Shown here piece by piece: positions 23,739 through 37,101 of a stretch of DNA of 64,000 nt. Numbering within the stretch: the stretch's first letter is position 1; each line of letters opens with the position of its first letter. The position numbers and the translations under genes are program-made. The notes under the pieces are model-generated. The model saw nothing but the letters and a program-made list of their open reading frames with translations. It ran no database searches and had not been told where the DNA came from. Source of the DNA: Octopus bimaculoides (lineage: Eukaryota); NCBI RefSeq assembly GCF_001194135.2, contig NC_068998.1, positions 48,300,719 through 48,364,718 of the forward strand. The letters run 5' to 3'.

Positions 23739-23790
23739 TCACGCACGCTTATATAAGAGTGCGCATATATATANNNNNNNNNNNATATGC

Positions 23791-23848
<58 letters not shown>

Positions 23849-24068
23849 TTGTCTACGTACATACTCACGCGTATACACAGATTCTTATCAAGATACGCAC
23901 TCATATTCATGCATGTAGTGTACACACGTACATAAACACCTATTCCCACCCACATATGCATACAGTGCCTGAGTTTGTATATAGCAATTTGAGTGTATGG
24001 GTAACCGTGTGCTTACGTGTATATGTATTGTATATATGACACAATGTTTATGTATCACTGAATACGAT

Positions 24069-24112
<44 letters not shown>

Positions 24113-25121
24113 GAGGGAGTGGGAGGTAATCTCCTTAATGACATTGCAGACAAAGATATTAGATAAAAGTATGTTTTTCTATCCATATATCCTGTTAGAC
24201 GAAATAATGAACATTATATTATGATATCTTCATAAATGTTTTTCAAAAGAAGTCGAGGGCGGGAGCAAATAGGCGGGATTAAGATGTGAATGGATGTGTG
24301 CGTGCGTTCGTGCGTGCGTGTATGTGTGTGTGTGTGTGTGTGTGTGCGTGTGTGTGTGTAAAGATAGGAACTGATTGTAGGCAAAAATGGCGACTGATAT
24401 TTTGATTAGATGGCGACAGACAAGCAAATGTCGCTAGCGTTTAGAAAGATTGTGACGTTGAAGATGTCACAGTAGCTTGATAAATCACTTTTTACGTTTT
24501 CGTTTAGTTCTATCAGTGGTGATTACATTTACGCATCATGTGTGTAGAACACACACAGACACACACACATGCATACACACACACACACACACACACACAC
24601 GCATTCACACATGNNNNNNNNNNNNNNNNNNNNNNNNNNNNNNNNNNNNNNNNNNNNNNNNNNNNNNNNNNNNNNNNNNNNNNNNNNNNNNNNNNNNNNN
24701 NNNNNNNNNNNNNNNNNNNNNNNNNNNNNNNNNNNNNNNNNNNNNNNNNNNNNNNNNNNNNNNNNNNNNNNNNNNNNNNNNNNNNNNNNNNNNNNNNNNN
24801 NNNNNNNNNNNNNNNNNNNNNNNNNNNNNNNNNNNNNNNNNNNNNNNNNNNNNNNNNNNNNNNNNNNNNNNNNNNNNNNNNNNNNNNNNNNNNNNNNNNN
24901 NNNNNNNNNNNNNNNNNNNNNNNNNNNNNNNNNNNNNNNNNNNNNNNNNNNNNNNNNNNNNNNNNNNNNNNNNNNNNNNNNNNNNNNNNNNNNNNNNNNN
25001 NNNNNNNNNNNNNNNNNNNNNNNNNNNNNNNNNNNNNNNNNNNNNNNNNNNNNNNNNNNNNNNNNNNNNNNNNNNNNNNNNNNNNNNNNNNNNNNNNNNN
25101 NNNNNNNNNNNNNNNNNNNNN

Positions 25122-25170
<49 letters not shown>

Positions 25171-25499
25171 TTGTGTGTGTTTGTATGCTTACGTATGTAT
25201 ATATACATATATATATGCGTGTGTGTTTGTATGACTATGTACGTATAAATATATATAAATATGTGTATATAAGTATGTATATGCATTTATATATATTCAT
25301 GTGTGTATATATGCACACATACATATATGAATACGTGTTTGTGTGTGTATGTCCATCCCTCTTACATTTTCCTCTCTCTTTATGTCCAACTCACCCTTTT
25401 TCTGTACGTATATGTATGTGTATACATACATACATACATACATACATACATACATACATTTAAGTGTTACCCATCATATGACGGGTATCTTCTGAGGTA

Positions 25500-25910
25500 T
25501 ACTTTTGCCATCATGAAATATTCTCTGCATACAAAGTTTATAATTTAACTTCTAATAAATTTTCTAGGTGCTTCAACAAAATGATGAAATGAATTCATAA
25601 TGGTACTCCAGTGATCCTTCGGAAGGACTCCATTTCGGTCGCTTGTATAAGAGATTATACTCTTTTGGTCATTACCAAACGCTTATGACCATAAGGGACG
25701 ATAAGCGCGAAAACAGAATTGAAGATAGCAAGTTTGGTTTTTGTACCAATCTCTATACTGCGGGGGTCCGAATGCTGCAGCTGGGACATTACTGTACCAG
25801 CTCCTGCAATTCTTAGCGTCCAATTGAGACTGCTGTTTCCTATAACTCGTGAATATGGTTCTAAAGTATTTAAGCTTTTCCACTCGTTTATCTCTATTCA
25901 CGTTAAATTC
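25500..25910 (-). mobile_element. RTE-clade (Rex3/Expander-like) LINE RT C-terminal remnant
   Basis: Minus frames read VEKLKYFRTIFTS / IAGAGTVMSQL / TKTKLAIFNSVF..PYGHKRLVMTKRV*SLIQATEMESFRRITG, resembling VEEFKYLG.LFTS...KAKLSIY...TYGHELWVMT..IQAAEMSFLRRVAG. Confidence 0.7.
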
Positions 25911-26148
25911 TTGCTGATTAAGGTATTTAAGTGTAATGGTGGAAATATACTCGGAGGAAGTACGTCATATGTGTGTGTTAGTGTGTGTGCGTGTGTGGGG
26001 GGAGGGGGTTATATGCGTGTGCGTGTGTGCGTGCGGGTGTGTGCGTGTATGTGTGTGTATGTGCGAGTGTGTGTGGTAGTGTGCGTATGTGAGTGCATGT
26101 GTGTGAGTGCATGTGTGTGTGAGTGCATGTGTGTGCGAGTGCATGTGT

Positions 26149-26246
<98 letters not shown>

Positions 26247-26707
26247 ATGCGTGTGTGCATGCGACAGTACACAGTGTAGAGGCAACGTAGTGTAGTTGAT
26301 GTTCTTTCCCTTCGGATCAGCGATCGACTGAGAGTTTCGTCGAATGTTGTAAGGCTGCATCTCTTCCCTTTTCAGTTGAAGTGTGGATCTCAGCGGCGAT
26401 ATCGGAGTAAATGAGAGTCTGGGCGCATGGATTTTCGTTCGTCTATGATGGAAGAGAGAAGTGGTGGAGTAAGAAGTAGGGGCGGGGCTGGGGAATATTG
26501 TCGTGGATGGAAGTGGACAGATGGAGGTGGCTGATATCGAGACAGCTGACCACGAGATGTCAGATACAATAGACATCAACTGTCCAGCAATGTGACACGT
26601 GTTCGTGTAAGACATAAAGCTATCAGATTGTTATCAAGGAAGTGTGGTGGCGATAATTCAGTCCTCAATGTAATTACAGTATATCTCTGACTTCTATTCA
26701 ACAATAT

Positions 26708-26812
26708 ATGCTTGGTGCTACTTCGTAGGTCTTTATTTTCTGAATTCAAATTCAGAATGAGGTCGATTTTGTCTTTCATTCTTCCGGCGTCGATGTAACT
26801 GACTTATCCACT
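26708..26812 (+). mobile_element. degenerate SINE family A fragment
   Basis: ATGCTTGGTGCTACTTCG...GAATTCAAATTC...GAGGTCGATTTTGTCTTTCATTC. Confidence 0.55.
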
Positions 26813-26825
26813 TTTCTATATGCTG

Positions 26826-27126
26826 AGACCCCTTTCGGTCAAGACTGACCATGAGATTGCACCTAGAAAGTTACCCTCCCTGGCACAAGTCCGGGCAAGG
26901 TTGTTTTATGGAAGACCAGCAGTCGCCCATGCATACCAGCCTCCTCTCTCCACGCCACCAGTGGTATCCAAGGGAAAGGCAAAGGGGCCGATACAGCTTG
27001 GCACCTGGAGCAACGTGAAATAAAGTGTCTTGCTCAAGAACACAACACGCAGTCCGGTCCGGGATTCGAACTCACAACCTCATGATCGTAATCTCGACGC
27101 TCTAACCACTGAGCCATGCGCCTTCA
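26826..27126 (-). mobile_element. tRNA-derived SINE (family B), near full length
   Basis: Reverse-complement head TGAAGGCGCATGGCTCAGTGGTTAG (A-box) ... GAGTTCGAATCCC (B-box), body TTCTTGAGCAAGACACTTTATTTCACGTTGCTCCAG, and a tail matching 15220-15410. Confidence 0.9.
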
Positions 27127-27489
27127 ACCTTTTCTATAACAAACTACCTAAAGACAACCTTCCACAACCGGAAGCAAATTTCTACAATAGGGCACAATCT
27201 CATGTATTATATCTTACACCTTCCGGTACCATGGTCTCTCAGCCTTTAAATGATTCCTTCACTTCCGTCCCCTTTCATCATCACTTCCATCCCCAGCATC
27301 ATCACTCTCCTCCACATTGCTGAACTCTTCCTCACCCACAATTGCTCTCCGTCTTTTTTATTTTTATTTTTTATTTTTGGGGAGTTTATTGGTACATCAC
27401 TATGGTCGGTATAAACGTTTAAATGGGCCTACATGAAGCCAACACCTTTTAGGCTATACTGAGGTCTAGATCTTTGCCAAATTTACTGA

Positions 27490-27765
27490 ACGTTCGTCCG
27501 TCAGAGCGACGAGGACCATCCAGTCATCCTGAGATTTGCGGAGCTGGATTCGAGTTGGGCATTGTGGCGTTTGTGTGCGTTGGTGACTTATCATACCGTG
27601 TCTGGAAGGTTCCCTGGCAGTGTGGACAAGGAGTGATGCTCGTACTTGGGGATTTGATGGCGCTGGATTTCCTGGGCTTGCCTGGGTTGCTCAACTGCAG
27701 CAACCCTGGTGTTTGACCTAGCGGGCAACTGATCACCTCTAGCCTCTGCCCTAAATTATCTGCTC
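27490..27765 (-). mobile_element. RTE-clade LINE 3' end
   Basis: Minus strand AAVEQPRQARKSS...PCPHCQGTFQTR ... SHQRTH (CPHC..H..H motif), ending ATGGTCCTCGTCGCTCTGACGGACGAAC, which resembles RTE 3' termini. Confidence 0.65.
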
Positions 27766-27892
27766 CAGTGTGAATTCGCTAATACTAAGTTCACTAAAAA
27801 TCAAAAAAAATATGAGCATCAATTTTCTTTTTTATTTGTAATTATTATTCATTCCTCATTTGTTATAAGACAAACTAAATTAGACGTAAGAG

Positions 27893-28080
27893 GAGGAACA
27901 TGGCTTACTGATTATGATATTGTGGTTTCGATTCCGGGACCAGGCGACCAGAAGTGTTCTTTAGCAAAACACTTCATTTTACGTTGCGTAATAAGTAATC
28001 CTGTGACGGACCGGCGTATCGTCCAGGGAGGAATATATCCGCCAGTGACACCGGGAAACCGGTGCTATGTTCCTTATAGG
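27893..28080 (+). mobile_element. SINE family B-like copy with internal deletions
   Basis: GTGGTTTCGATTCCGGGACC...GTGTTCTTTAGCAAAACACTTCATTTTACGTTGC...AGTAATCCTGTGACGGAC, which matches the reverse complement of 1345-1470. Confidence 0.65.
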
Positions 28081-28505
28081 GCAATCTGAATTGACTAAGA
28101 ACCCTAAGCCTCACCGCCACCATAGTAGCGGAGTCGCTATTACGAATAACTAAACAGACGCTACGTCACTCAGCAGTCGACAACCACCATTGAGTGGGTT
28201 CCCTCTGTGCCGGGACATACTTCTCTGTGCCAGTTCATCTCTTGGTTGTTGACTAGAATGCTATATATATATATATTAATATATGTGCATTCACACACTG
28301 ACATATGTGTGTATGTATGTATGTATGTATGTACGTGTGTGTGTATGTATGTATGTATGTATGTATGTATACACACGTGTGTGTGCATGGGATGCGTGTA
28401 TACATATATACGCATACATACACAGATATATACACAACCAAATATGAATATATATATTCATGTATATATAATTTATATATATAGATAGATACACACATAT
28501 ATGTT

Positions 28506-28536
<31 letters not shown>

Positions 28537-28619
28537 TCATGAATATAAATAAATTGTACATATTTATATTCATATACAACCGATATACAAGAATATACGT
28601 ACCTGTCATATATATAATA

Positions 28620-28701
<82 letters not shown>

Positions 28702-29501
28702 TTTGTGTGTATGTATGTAGGTACGCATGTGTATATGCGCATATATATGTATATACACTGATACACACATACATGCGTGTGACGGTGTGTGCATATTTAT
28801 GTGTATATATGTATATATGAATATAGATGAATATATATGTATGTGTATAAAGAATATTATAATAGTGCCGGCCATAATCCGTTCGTCTCTCTCCTCTTTC
28901 TCTCTCTCTGTGTCTTTCTCTCTCTCTCTGACTGTCTCTCTCTTTCTGTCTTTCTCTCTCCCTCCTTCCATTTCTCGCTCTCACACACACACACACACAT
29001 ACAAACACTCACACACACACATATACTCCCTAAAAAAAAAAAATCCCTTTTTGCGTCTTAACGTTCGGCTGCCGATTAATACGTGCCTAATGGCTGCTTA
29101 TATTACGTTTGGTTCTGGCAGATCAAAGAACCAGCCAGCAGAACCAATATGTAAAATATTCAATAAGCTATATAGTAATTTGCTGTACTATTTCTATAGA
29201 CTGAGGAGAGCAGTGGCGACGTGGGGGGGAGGGGGGGAAGCATTACTATTCCTCCCCCTCCCCTCATATTCATAACTCAACATCTAATCAATTGGTTGTC
29301 GCAGAGTTGGGCGAAAATTTTACACATTTTTATTTTTTTATTTTTTATTATTCATATTGTAGTTGTTCTTGGAATCGTTGTCACTGTTTTTGTTGTTGTT
29401 GGTGGTGGTAGTGGTGATGTTGTTACTGTTGTTCGTGCTGCCGCCGCTGCTGCTGTTTTTCTTCTTCTTCTTCTTCTTGCTATATGGTTGTTGTTGTTGT
29501 T

Positions 29502-29835
29502 GCTGGTGTTGTTGCTCTTGTTGTTGTTGTTGTTGCTGGTGTTGTTGCTCTTGTTGTTGTTGTTGTTGCTGGTGTTGTTGCTCTTGTTGTTGTTGTTGTT
29601 GTTNNNNNNNNNNCTCTTGTTGTTGTTGTTGTTGCTGGTGTTGTTGCTCTTGTTGTTGTTGTTGTTGTGATGCTGTTGCTCTTGTTGTTGTTGTTGTTGC
29701 TGGTGTTGTTGCTCTTGTTGTTGTTGTTGTTGCTGGGGTTGTTGCTCTTGTTGTTGTTGTTGTTGCTGGTGTTGTTGCTCTTGTTGTTGTTGTTGTTGCT
29801 GGTGTTGTTGCTCTTGTTGTTGTTGTTGTTGTTGT
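29502..29835. repeat. higher-order (GTT)n minisatellite with a 33-bp unit
   Basis: GCTGGTGTTGTTGCTCTTGTTGTTGTTGTTGTT repeated about 9 times across a 10-N gap. Confidence 0.85.
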
Positions 29836-30471
29836 GATGCTGTTAGAATCGTTATTGTGGTTGTATGAGTGTGATTGTTGTTTCCGTAGTAGTTGTGATA
29901 GTTTATGTCGTAGTACAGATTATGTCAGATTGTGCTGTTGTTGTTGTTGTTGTTGTTGTTGTAACCGTAGTGGTGGTGATTGGGGCGGTGTTAGTTTGGG
30001 GATTATCATTGTGGCAGTGACTATGGTGGTGGTGGTGGTGGTGGTGGTGGTAAAGGTGGTAGTAGTGATTGTCATTGTGGTGGTGGTGGTGGCGGTGGTG
30101 ACTGGAGCGGTGTTAGTTTGGTGATTATCATTGTGGTAGTGGCTGTGGTGGTGGTGGTGGTGGTGGTACTGGTGGTTGTAGTGATTGTGGCGATGATGGT
30201 GGTGATGATGGTGATGGTGTTATTGGTTTTGGTGATGGTAGTGGTGTAGCTGTGGTGTTGGAGGCCGTAGGGTGTTATGTGGTGTTCAGTTCGTTGTTCT
30301 TCTTCTTCTTCTTGATGCTGCTGTTCCGTTTACGGTTTTTTTTCTGTTTTTTTTTCTTCTCGCATTTCAGTTAACTTACCCCTTTTTTTACATTTTCTGA
30401 TATTATTGTCGTTGCGGTAGTGACCATAATTTTGTTATCTTTATAATGATAGTAGCAGTAGCAGCAGCAGC

Positions 30472-30507
<36 letters not shown>

Positions 30508-31432
30508 GGTGGTGGTGGTGGGAGTTGTAGTAGTAGTACCTTTCTTGCTACTGTTAAGAGAGACGTGGTGACATAGAGTGCGGATAAAGATAAGATGTAA
30601 AGTGTGAGTGTGTGTGTGTGTGTGTACTCGGAGAGAGGTGTGAAACAGGGCGACGTAAGGAGACATAGGCAAGTATTAAGAGAGAGAAAGGCAAAAACAG
30701 TAAGCAAAGGTGAGGAGATAGAGAGATAGATAGATAGATAGATAGATAGATNNNNNNNNNNATATATATATATATACATGTATGTATGTATATACATGTA
30801 TGTTTGAATGCATATATGTATATATATATATGTATATATGTATGTACATATATGAATATATACATATATATGTATGTGTATATATATATGTATGTATATA
30901 TGTATGTACATATATGAATATACATATATATATATATATATATATGTATGTGTATGTATGTGTATATATATATGTATTTTATATATATATTTATGTATAT
31001 ATAGATGTGTGTGTATATATTACAGCAGTACTCATTTTTTACTTGTATTTTGTCAATCTTATTCCTCTTTTATTTATTTTTTTTTTTCATATTCACAATT
31101 TTTTATCTTCTTCTTATGATATTCTCAACGATGAAACCATTTTAAAAATATTAGCACAAACATTATCGACGTTTAAATTTACAAATTACCGTTTATTGTG
31201 AAACACGCCTCTTCGATCGCTTGGTCATTCTCTTATTGCTAATAATTCGCCATTTAAAATTGTAGAGATTGTGAATTTCGATAGCATTTCCGATTATTTT
31301 GGCACTTCATTTAGCGAAAAAAAATACTACATCTCTATATTATGTTTAGAAATCAAAATATTGGCGTAAATGCCTGATCAGAGATAAGTTGTAGTGATGT
31401 AAACATAACAAGCATCTATTCCGTTCATATCC

Positions 31433-31463
<31 letters not shown>

Positions 31464-32599
31464 AGTGTGTGTGTGTGTGTGTGTGCGTGTGTGCGTGTGC
31501 GGGTGTGTGTGTTTATAAATACATATGCATTTATATACATCTATATATATACATATGTATATAGGTTTATACACACATACGCATATATANNNNNNNNNNN
31601 NNNNNNNNNNNNNNNNNNNNNNNNNNNNNNNNNNNNNNNNNNNNNNNNNNNNNNNNNNNNNNNNNNNNNNNNNNNNNNNNNNNNNNNNNNNNNNNNNNNN
31701 NNNNNNNNNNNNNNNNNNNNNNNNNNNNNNNNNNNNNNNNNNNNNNNNNNNNNNNNNNNNNNNNNNNNNNNNNNNNNNNNNNNNNNNNNNNNNNNNNNNN
31801 NNNNNNNNNNNNNNNNNNNNNNNNNNNNNNNNNNNNNNNNNNNNNNNNNNNNNNNNNNNNNNNNNNNNNNNNNNNNNNNTATATACATACATATGTGTAA
31901 ATATGTATACATGCATGTGTATACCTGTACATATATACACATATACATATGTATATATCTATATATATGTGTGTGTGTGTTGTGTTCAAGCGCACGCCCA
32001 CACGCACACTCACATAAAGATTTTTTTAAAGAGATAATACGAGAGTATTCTTCATTGTTGTGTTTTGTCAAGAAACGAAACTAAATGGAAGATAAAATTT
32101 ATTATACGACGAACTAATATGGCGAATCTAACAATCGTAATTTGAGCAAAATGCAACCTCCGTTTTGGGTTATTGGGCTTTACATTCCCTGTAGTTTAAA
32201 ATTATTTTACGCATTACACGTACGCCTGTATGCTTGTCCGCAGTGGCTGACTGGCCAGATTGCCAGCTTGTCCGATGGCAAGTTGGCCCCTGCGATATTA
32301 GAATCTATATATGGGGGCCCATGTTAGTATGTAAGGTCCCCATCCCTTCAAGTTTCAGGATTCTTTATTTACTCCTGAAAGAATGCATTAATTATTTCAG
32401 CCTGGCTGTGTTTGTAGACAGATTGGGTGATCCCTCTTGTAGTTGCGTGTGGGCCCTATTAGTCTCCTGGCAACCAATATTTTAAAACCTAGTCCACCAC
32501 TGCTTGTACGGTTACAAAATTCGGTTTGAAACCACGTGATATCGAGTTCAGTTTCACAGTGCATCTTGAAGATGTCTTCTACTATATCCAGAGCAGACC

Positions 32600-32895
32600 A
32601 TTACCTTGTAAGTTTGGTAGACGAAAACTGCAGGAACCGGATCTGTTCCTTATATAGTGTGGTTCTCCATCTACGTGTCAAGTTGTCTGTCCTATATAGT
32701 TATGTCCACAACCTGAGCAAGTTATAACATAAATTAGATTCTCGGAAACACAAGTGAAGTTGATTTTAATTGTGAACCTCTTTCCTTGTTCGAATAAGAA
32801 TTCCGAGCCTTCTAGTAGGCTGGAATATGTTCCACAGTTTGGTTTTATGGTTGTTGTGTAAAGCTTCGCATTCGTTAGAAGTCTTTTTTGCGATT
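32600..32895 (-). mobile_element. Penelope-like element GIY-YIG endonuclease remnant
   Basis: Minus strand KRLLTNAKL...KPNCGTYSSLLEGSEFLFEQGKRFTIKINFTCVSENLIYVITCSGCGHNYIGQT*, with the xIY...C..C...YIGQT signature of PLE GIY-YIG. A frameshift follows YIGQT. Confidence 0.8.
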
Positions 32896-33697
32896 CTACT
32901 TTACAAAGGAGGGCTCAATACCTTGAATAGAGTCAGTTTATTGTCAAAAGTTATTCAGAGGTTCGTAAGTATAAGTATAGTACAATAGCTTTCATGCCTT
33001 TCCCTTTTGTCATTGAAGGTATAAATGAATTATCATGAGGAATTGAACCTTGTTACTTAGTTTGATCATCTTTTGTAACGTGACTCAAAGTACTTTCTTT
33101 CTCACTTTCTCTCTTTTCTCCGTCTTTCTGTTTATCTCTCCCAAGCTTTCTCACTCTATTTTTCTCACTCTCTATGTCTGTGTATTTTCTCTGTGTGTCT
33201 GTCAGTCACTTTCTCTCTCTCTCTTTCTCTTTATCTGTCTGTCTATATGTCTCTCTCTTTTTCTCCGTCTGCCTATCTACTTCTCTCTCTCATTCTCGCT
33301 CTCATTGTCTTTCTCTTCTCGCTCCCATTCTCTCTTTCTCTCTATCTATCTGTCTCTCTCTTTTTCTCTCTCTGTCTATCTATTTCTCTCTCATTCTCGT
33401 TCTCTTTCCCCTCTCTCTCCAACTCTCTCTTTCTCTGTGTGTTCCTTTCACTATTTTCATCTCTCCTTCTCTCTCTCGTTCCCCTCTCTCTTCCACCGTC
33501 TCATCTCCATTCTCCCCCTCTCTCTCTCTACATACGTGTCTGAGTGTATATGTATTGTGTACGCGCGCGAGCATGTACATACAATCACACATCTCACTAG
33601 ACCCATTGCTACTTTCAGGCTCATTATTAATTACACCATTAACATCATCATCATCATCATCATCATCATTCTCATTAGCCACATTGTCAGCAGTGGT

Positions 33698-33795
<98 letters not shown>
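33698..33795. repeat. (TAC)n directly joined to (AGT)n, a perfect microsatellite palindrome
   Basis: The centre ACT|AGT lies at 33740/33741 and the two arms are reverse complements. Confidence 0.9.
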
Positions 33796-34628
33796 AAGCG
33801 ACAATAATAAAATGACCGTAAAATGATAATGAAATCTCACTTCAGGACGAATTTTATATCCATTAAATATTTAATTCCGCTATTACTAATAATAATAATA
33901 ATAATANNNNNNNNNNNNNNNNNNNNNNNNNNNNNNNNNNNNNNNNNNNNNNNNNNNNNNNNNNNNNNNNNNNNNNNNNNNNNNNNNNNNNNNNNNNNNN
34001 NNNNNNNNNNNNNNNNNNNNNNNNNNNNNNNNNNNNNNNNNNNNNNNNNNNNNNNNNNNNNNNNNNNNNNNNNNNNNNNNNNNNNNNNNNNNNNNNNNNN
34101 NNNNNNNNNNNNNNNNNNNNNNNNNNNNNNNNNNNNNNNNNNNNNNNNNNNNNNNNNNNNNNNNNNNNNNNNNNNNNNNNNNNNNNNNNNNNNNNNNNNN
34201 NNNNNNNNNNNNNNNNNNNNNNNNNNNNNNNNNNNNNNNNNNNNNNNNNNNNNNNNNNNNNNNNNNNNNNNNNNNNNNNNNNNNNNNNNNNNNNNNNNNN
34301 NNNNNNNNNNNNNNNNNNNNNNNNNNNNNNNNNNNNNNNNNNNNNNNNNNNNNNNNNNNNNNNNNNNNNNNNNNNNNNNNNNNNNNNNNNNNNNNNNNNN
34401 NNNNNNNNNNNNNNNNNNNNNNNNNNNNNNNNNNNNNNNNNNNNNNNNNNNNNNNNNNNNNNNNNNNNNNNNNNNNNNNNNNNNNNNNNNNNNNNNNNNN
34501 NNNNNNNNNNNNNNNNNNNNNNNNNNNNNNNNNNNNNNNNNNNNNNNNNNNNNNNNNNNNNNNNNNNNNNNNNNNNNNNNNNNNNNNNNNNNNNNNNNNN
34601 NNNNNNNNNNNNNNNNNNNNNNNNNNNN

Positions 34629-34671
<43 letters not shown>

Positions 34672-34714
34672 CACATACATACCTTTGTGTATACATAAAT
34701 ACACATATTATGGG

Positions 34715-34747
<33 letters not shown>

Positions 34748-35691
34748 TTCTTCCTATATCTCACAATTTTTATTCAATTTGTTTTATTTTCTTCTCACTT
34801 TTACTTTATTTCTGTACGACGCTGCCTGCCAGTTTAACAAAAATAACTCCAATAATAATCTATGCAAATTTCTTTCTGGGTTGTCTGTCGTCTGCTTTTG
34901 CAAGTTATAAAGCAGACATCTTGTTTCCCAATGATTCACTCATTTATTTTCACTAGCAATGGCAGTTATTCCCTGGCACCACAAATACGCCATAGAGTTG
35001 CACATTTTTCACTTCTACGTCTTTAGTCGCTTTATATTTAGTTTCATTGATGATGTTTTTGTTTGTTATATGTTTACTATGTTGATGGCTTGTTTTTTGG
35101 AGGAGTCTTCTTCCTTTTTTTTCCATTTTTTTAAAGTTTAGTTTTTATTTATTTTTCCATGTATTCCGAAAATGTTCTGATTATTTTATCGATCTCTTTA
35201 GCAATGTTTCTACTTTTATAAATACATGACTTATATAATGCATAAACATATATATNNNNNNNNNNNNNNNNNNNNNNNNNNNNNNNNNNNNNNNNNNNNN
35301 NNNNNNNNNNNNNNNNNNNNNNNNNNNNNNNNNNNNNNNNNNNNNNNNNNNNNNNNNNNNNNNNNNNNNNNNNNNNNNNNNNNNNNNNNNNNNNNNNNNN
35401 NNNNNNNNNNNNNNNNNNNNNNNNNNNNNNNNNNNNNNNNNNNNNNNNNNNNNNNNNNNNNNNNNNNNNNNNNNNNNNNNNNNNNNNNNNNNNNNNNNNN
35501 NNNNNNNNNNNNNNNNNNNNNNNNNNNNNNNNNNNNNNNNNNNNNNNNNNNNNNNNNNNNNNNNNNNNNNNNNNNNNNNNNNNNNNNNNNNNNNNNNNNN
35601 NNNNNNNNNNNNNNNNNNNNNNNNNNNNNNNNNNNNNNNNNNNNNNNNNNNNNNNNNNNNNNNNNNNNNNNNNNNNNNNNNNNNNNNNNNN

Positions 35692-35724
<33 letters not shown>

Positions 35725-35951
35725 TTCTACATTTATGTCTCTCTCTCGCTGGCTCTCTTTTTGTATGTATGCATATATATATATATATGTATATGTATAG
35801 ACATACATATACATATTCACACAGTTACACACACACACATATCCTAAGAAATAGACGTGATTTTGTATGACGTGCTGATTTGTCTCAGATTGTGGCTTTT
35901 ATACACACACACATGCACGTGTGTTGGTGTGCATACATACACATATACACG

Positions 35952-35989
<38 letters not shown>

Positions 35990-36064
35990 TATATATATAT
36001 ATAATAGAAAGAAAGAGAAAGAAACAGACATAGGCACACATGTACAGACCGAATGAGATGGATG

Positions 36065-36068
36065 GATG

Positions 36069-36104
<36 letters not shown>

Positions 36105-36114
36105 NNNNNNNNNN

Positions 36115-36159
<45 letters not shown>

Positions 36160-36160
36160 C
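36065..36160. repeat. (GATA)n microsatellite
   Basis: GATA tetranucleotide run interrupted by a 10-N gap. Confidence 0.95.
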
Positions 36161-36384
36161 AGCTACCGCTTGGACACTTAATCTTACAATGTCGCCTGAA
36201 TGTAGATTTGTCCTAAGGTGACAAGATGTCGGTTGTATGAGAACTATGGAATTGTGGGATAAATGAGACGATTAGTGTTATAAAAGCTATGGCTTATCGA
36301 AGCGATGCCTCTTTCAATTTCAAGACTATACAAACATTTTGATACATTCCTTAAACATTGCCTTTGTTATAAAATGCATTTCAG

Positions 36385-36660
36385 GGGCAGCGATCTGGCA
36401 GAGACGTTAGCACGCCAGGCGAAATGCTTAGCAGTATTTTGTATGTCTGAGTTCAAATTCCGCCGTGGTCGACCTTGTGCATTTTGTGCACTTGTCTTTC
36501 ATCACTTTATTGCCGGTGTCGGTTTGTTTACAACCTGAGAATAAGCAGTTCAGTAAAAAAAAAAAATAATAAATAAATAAATAAAAAAACAGGGATACAA
36601 TGGCAGCCAGATATAAAATAGGTTCTGGGGTCGATTTGAACAACTGAAATATGTGAAATG
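36385..36660 (+). mobile_element. SINE family A (interrupted)
   Basis: GATCTGGCAGAGACGTTAGCACGCCAGGCGAAATGCTTAGC...GAGTTCAAATTCCGCCG...GGGGTCGATTTGAACAAC. Confidence 0.8.
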
Positions 36661-36859
36661 CTAAAAAACATGGAAGAGAATACATGTGTATGCGTGTATG
36701 TATGTATGTATGTATGCATGTACGTACGTATGCATGCATGTATGTATGCATGAATGTATTATGTATGTATGTATCTATGCAAGTATATGTGTATGTGTGT
36801 ATGTATGCATGTATGTATGTGTCATGTTATATGTATAACATACAAATGCATACTTACAG

Positions 36860-37025
36860 ACACAGAGGAGACTGTGTGGTAAACAGTTTGCTTCCAAACC
36901 ACATGGTTTTGGGTTCAGTTCTACTGCGTGACTTTTTAAATAAATGTTCATGCATTATAACCACAGACTGACCAAGACCCTATGATTGATCTCGGTAAGC
37001 GGAAACTGAAAGAATCCCATCATAT
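36860..37025 (+). mobile_element. SINE family C
   Basis: GACTGTGTGGTAAACAGTTTGCTTCCAAACCACATGG..GGGTTCAGT...GGAAACTGAAAGAATCCC. Confidence 0.75.
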
Positions 37026-37044
37026 GTATGTATATATGTTTACA

Positions 37045-37101
<57 letters not shown>

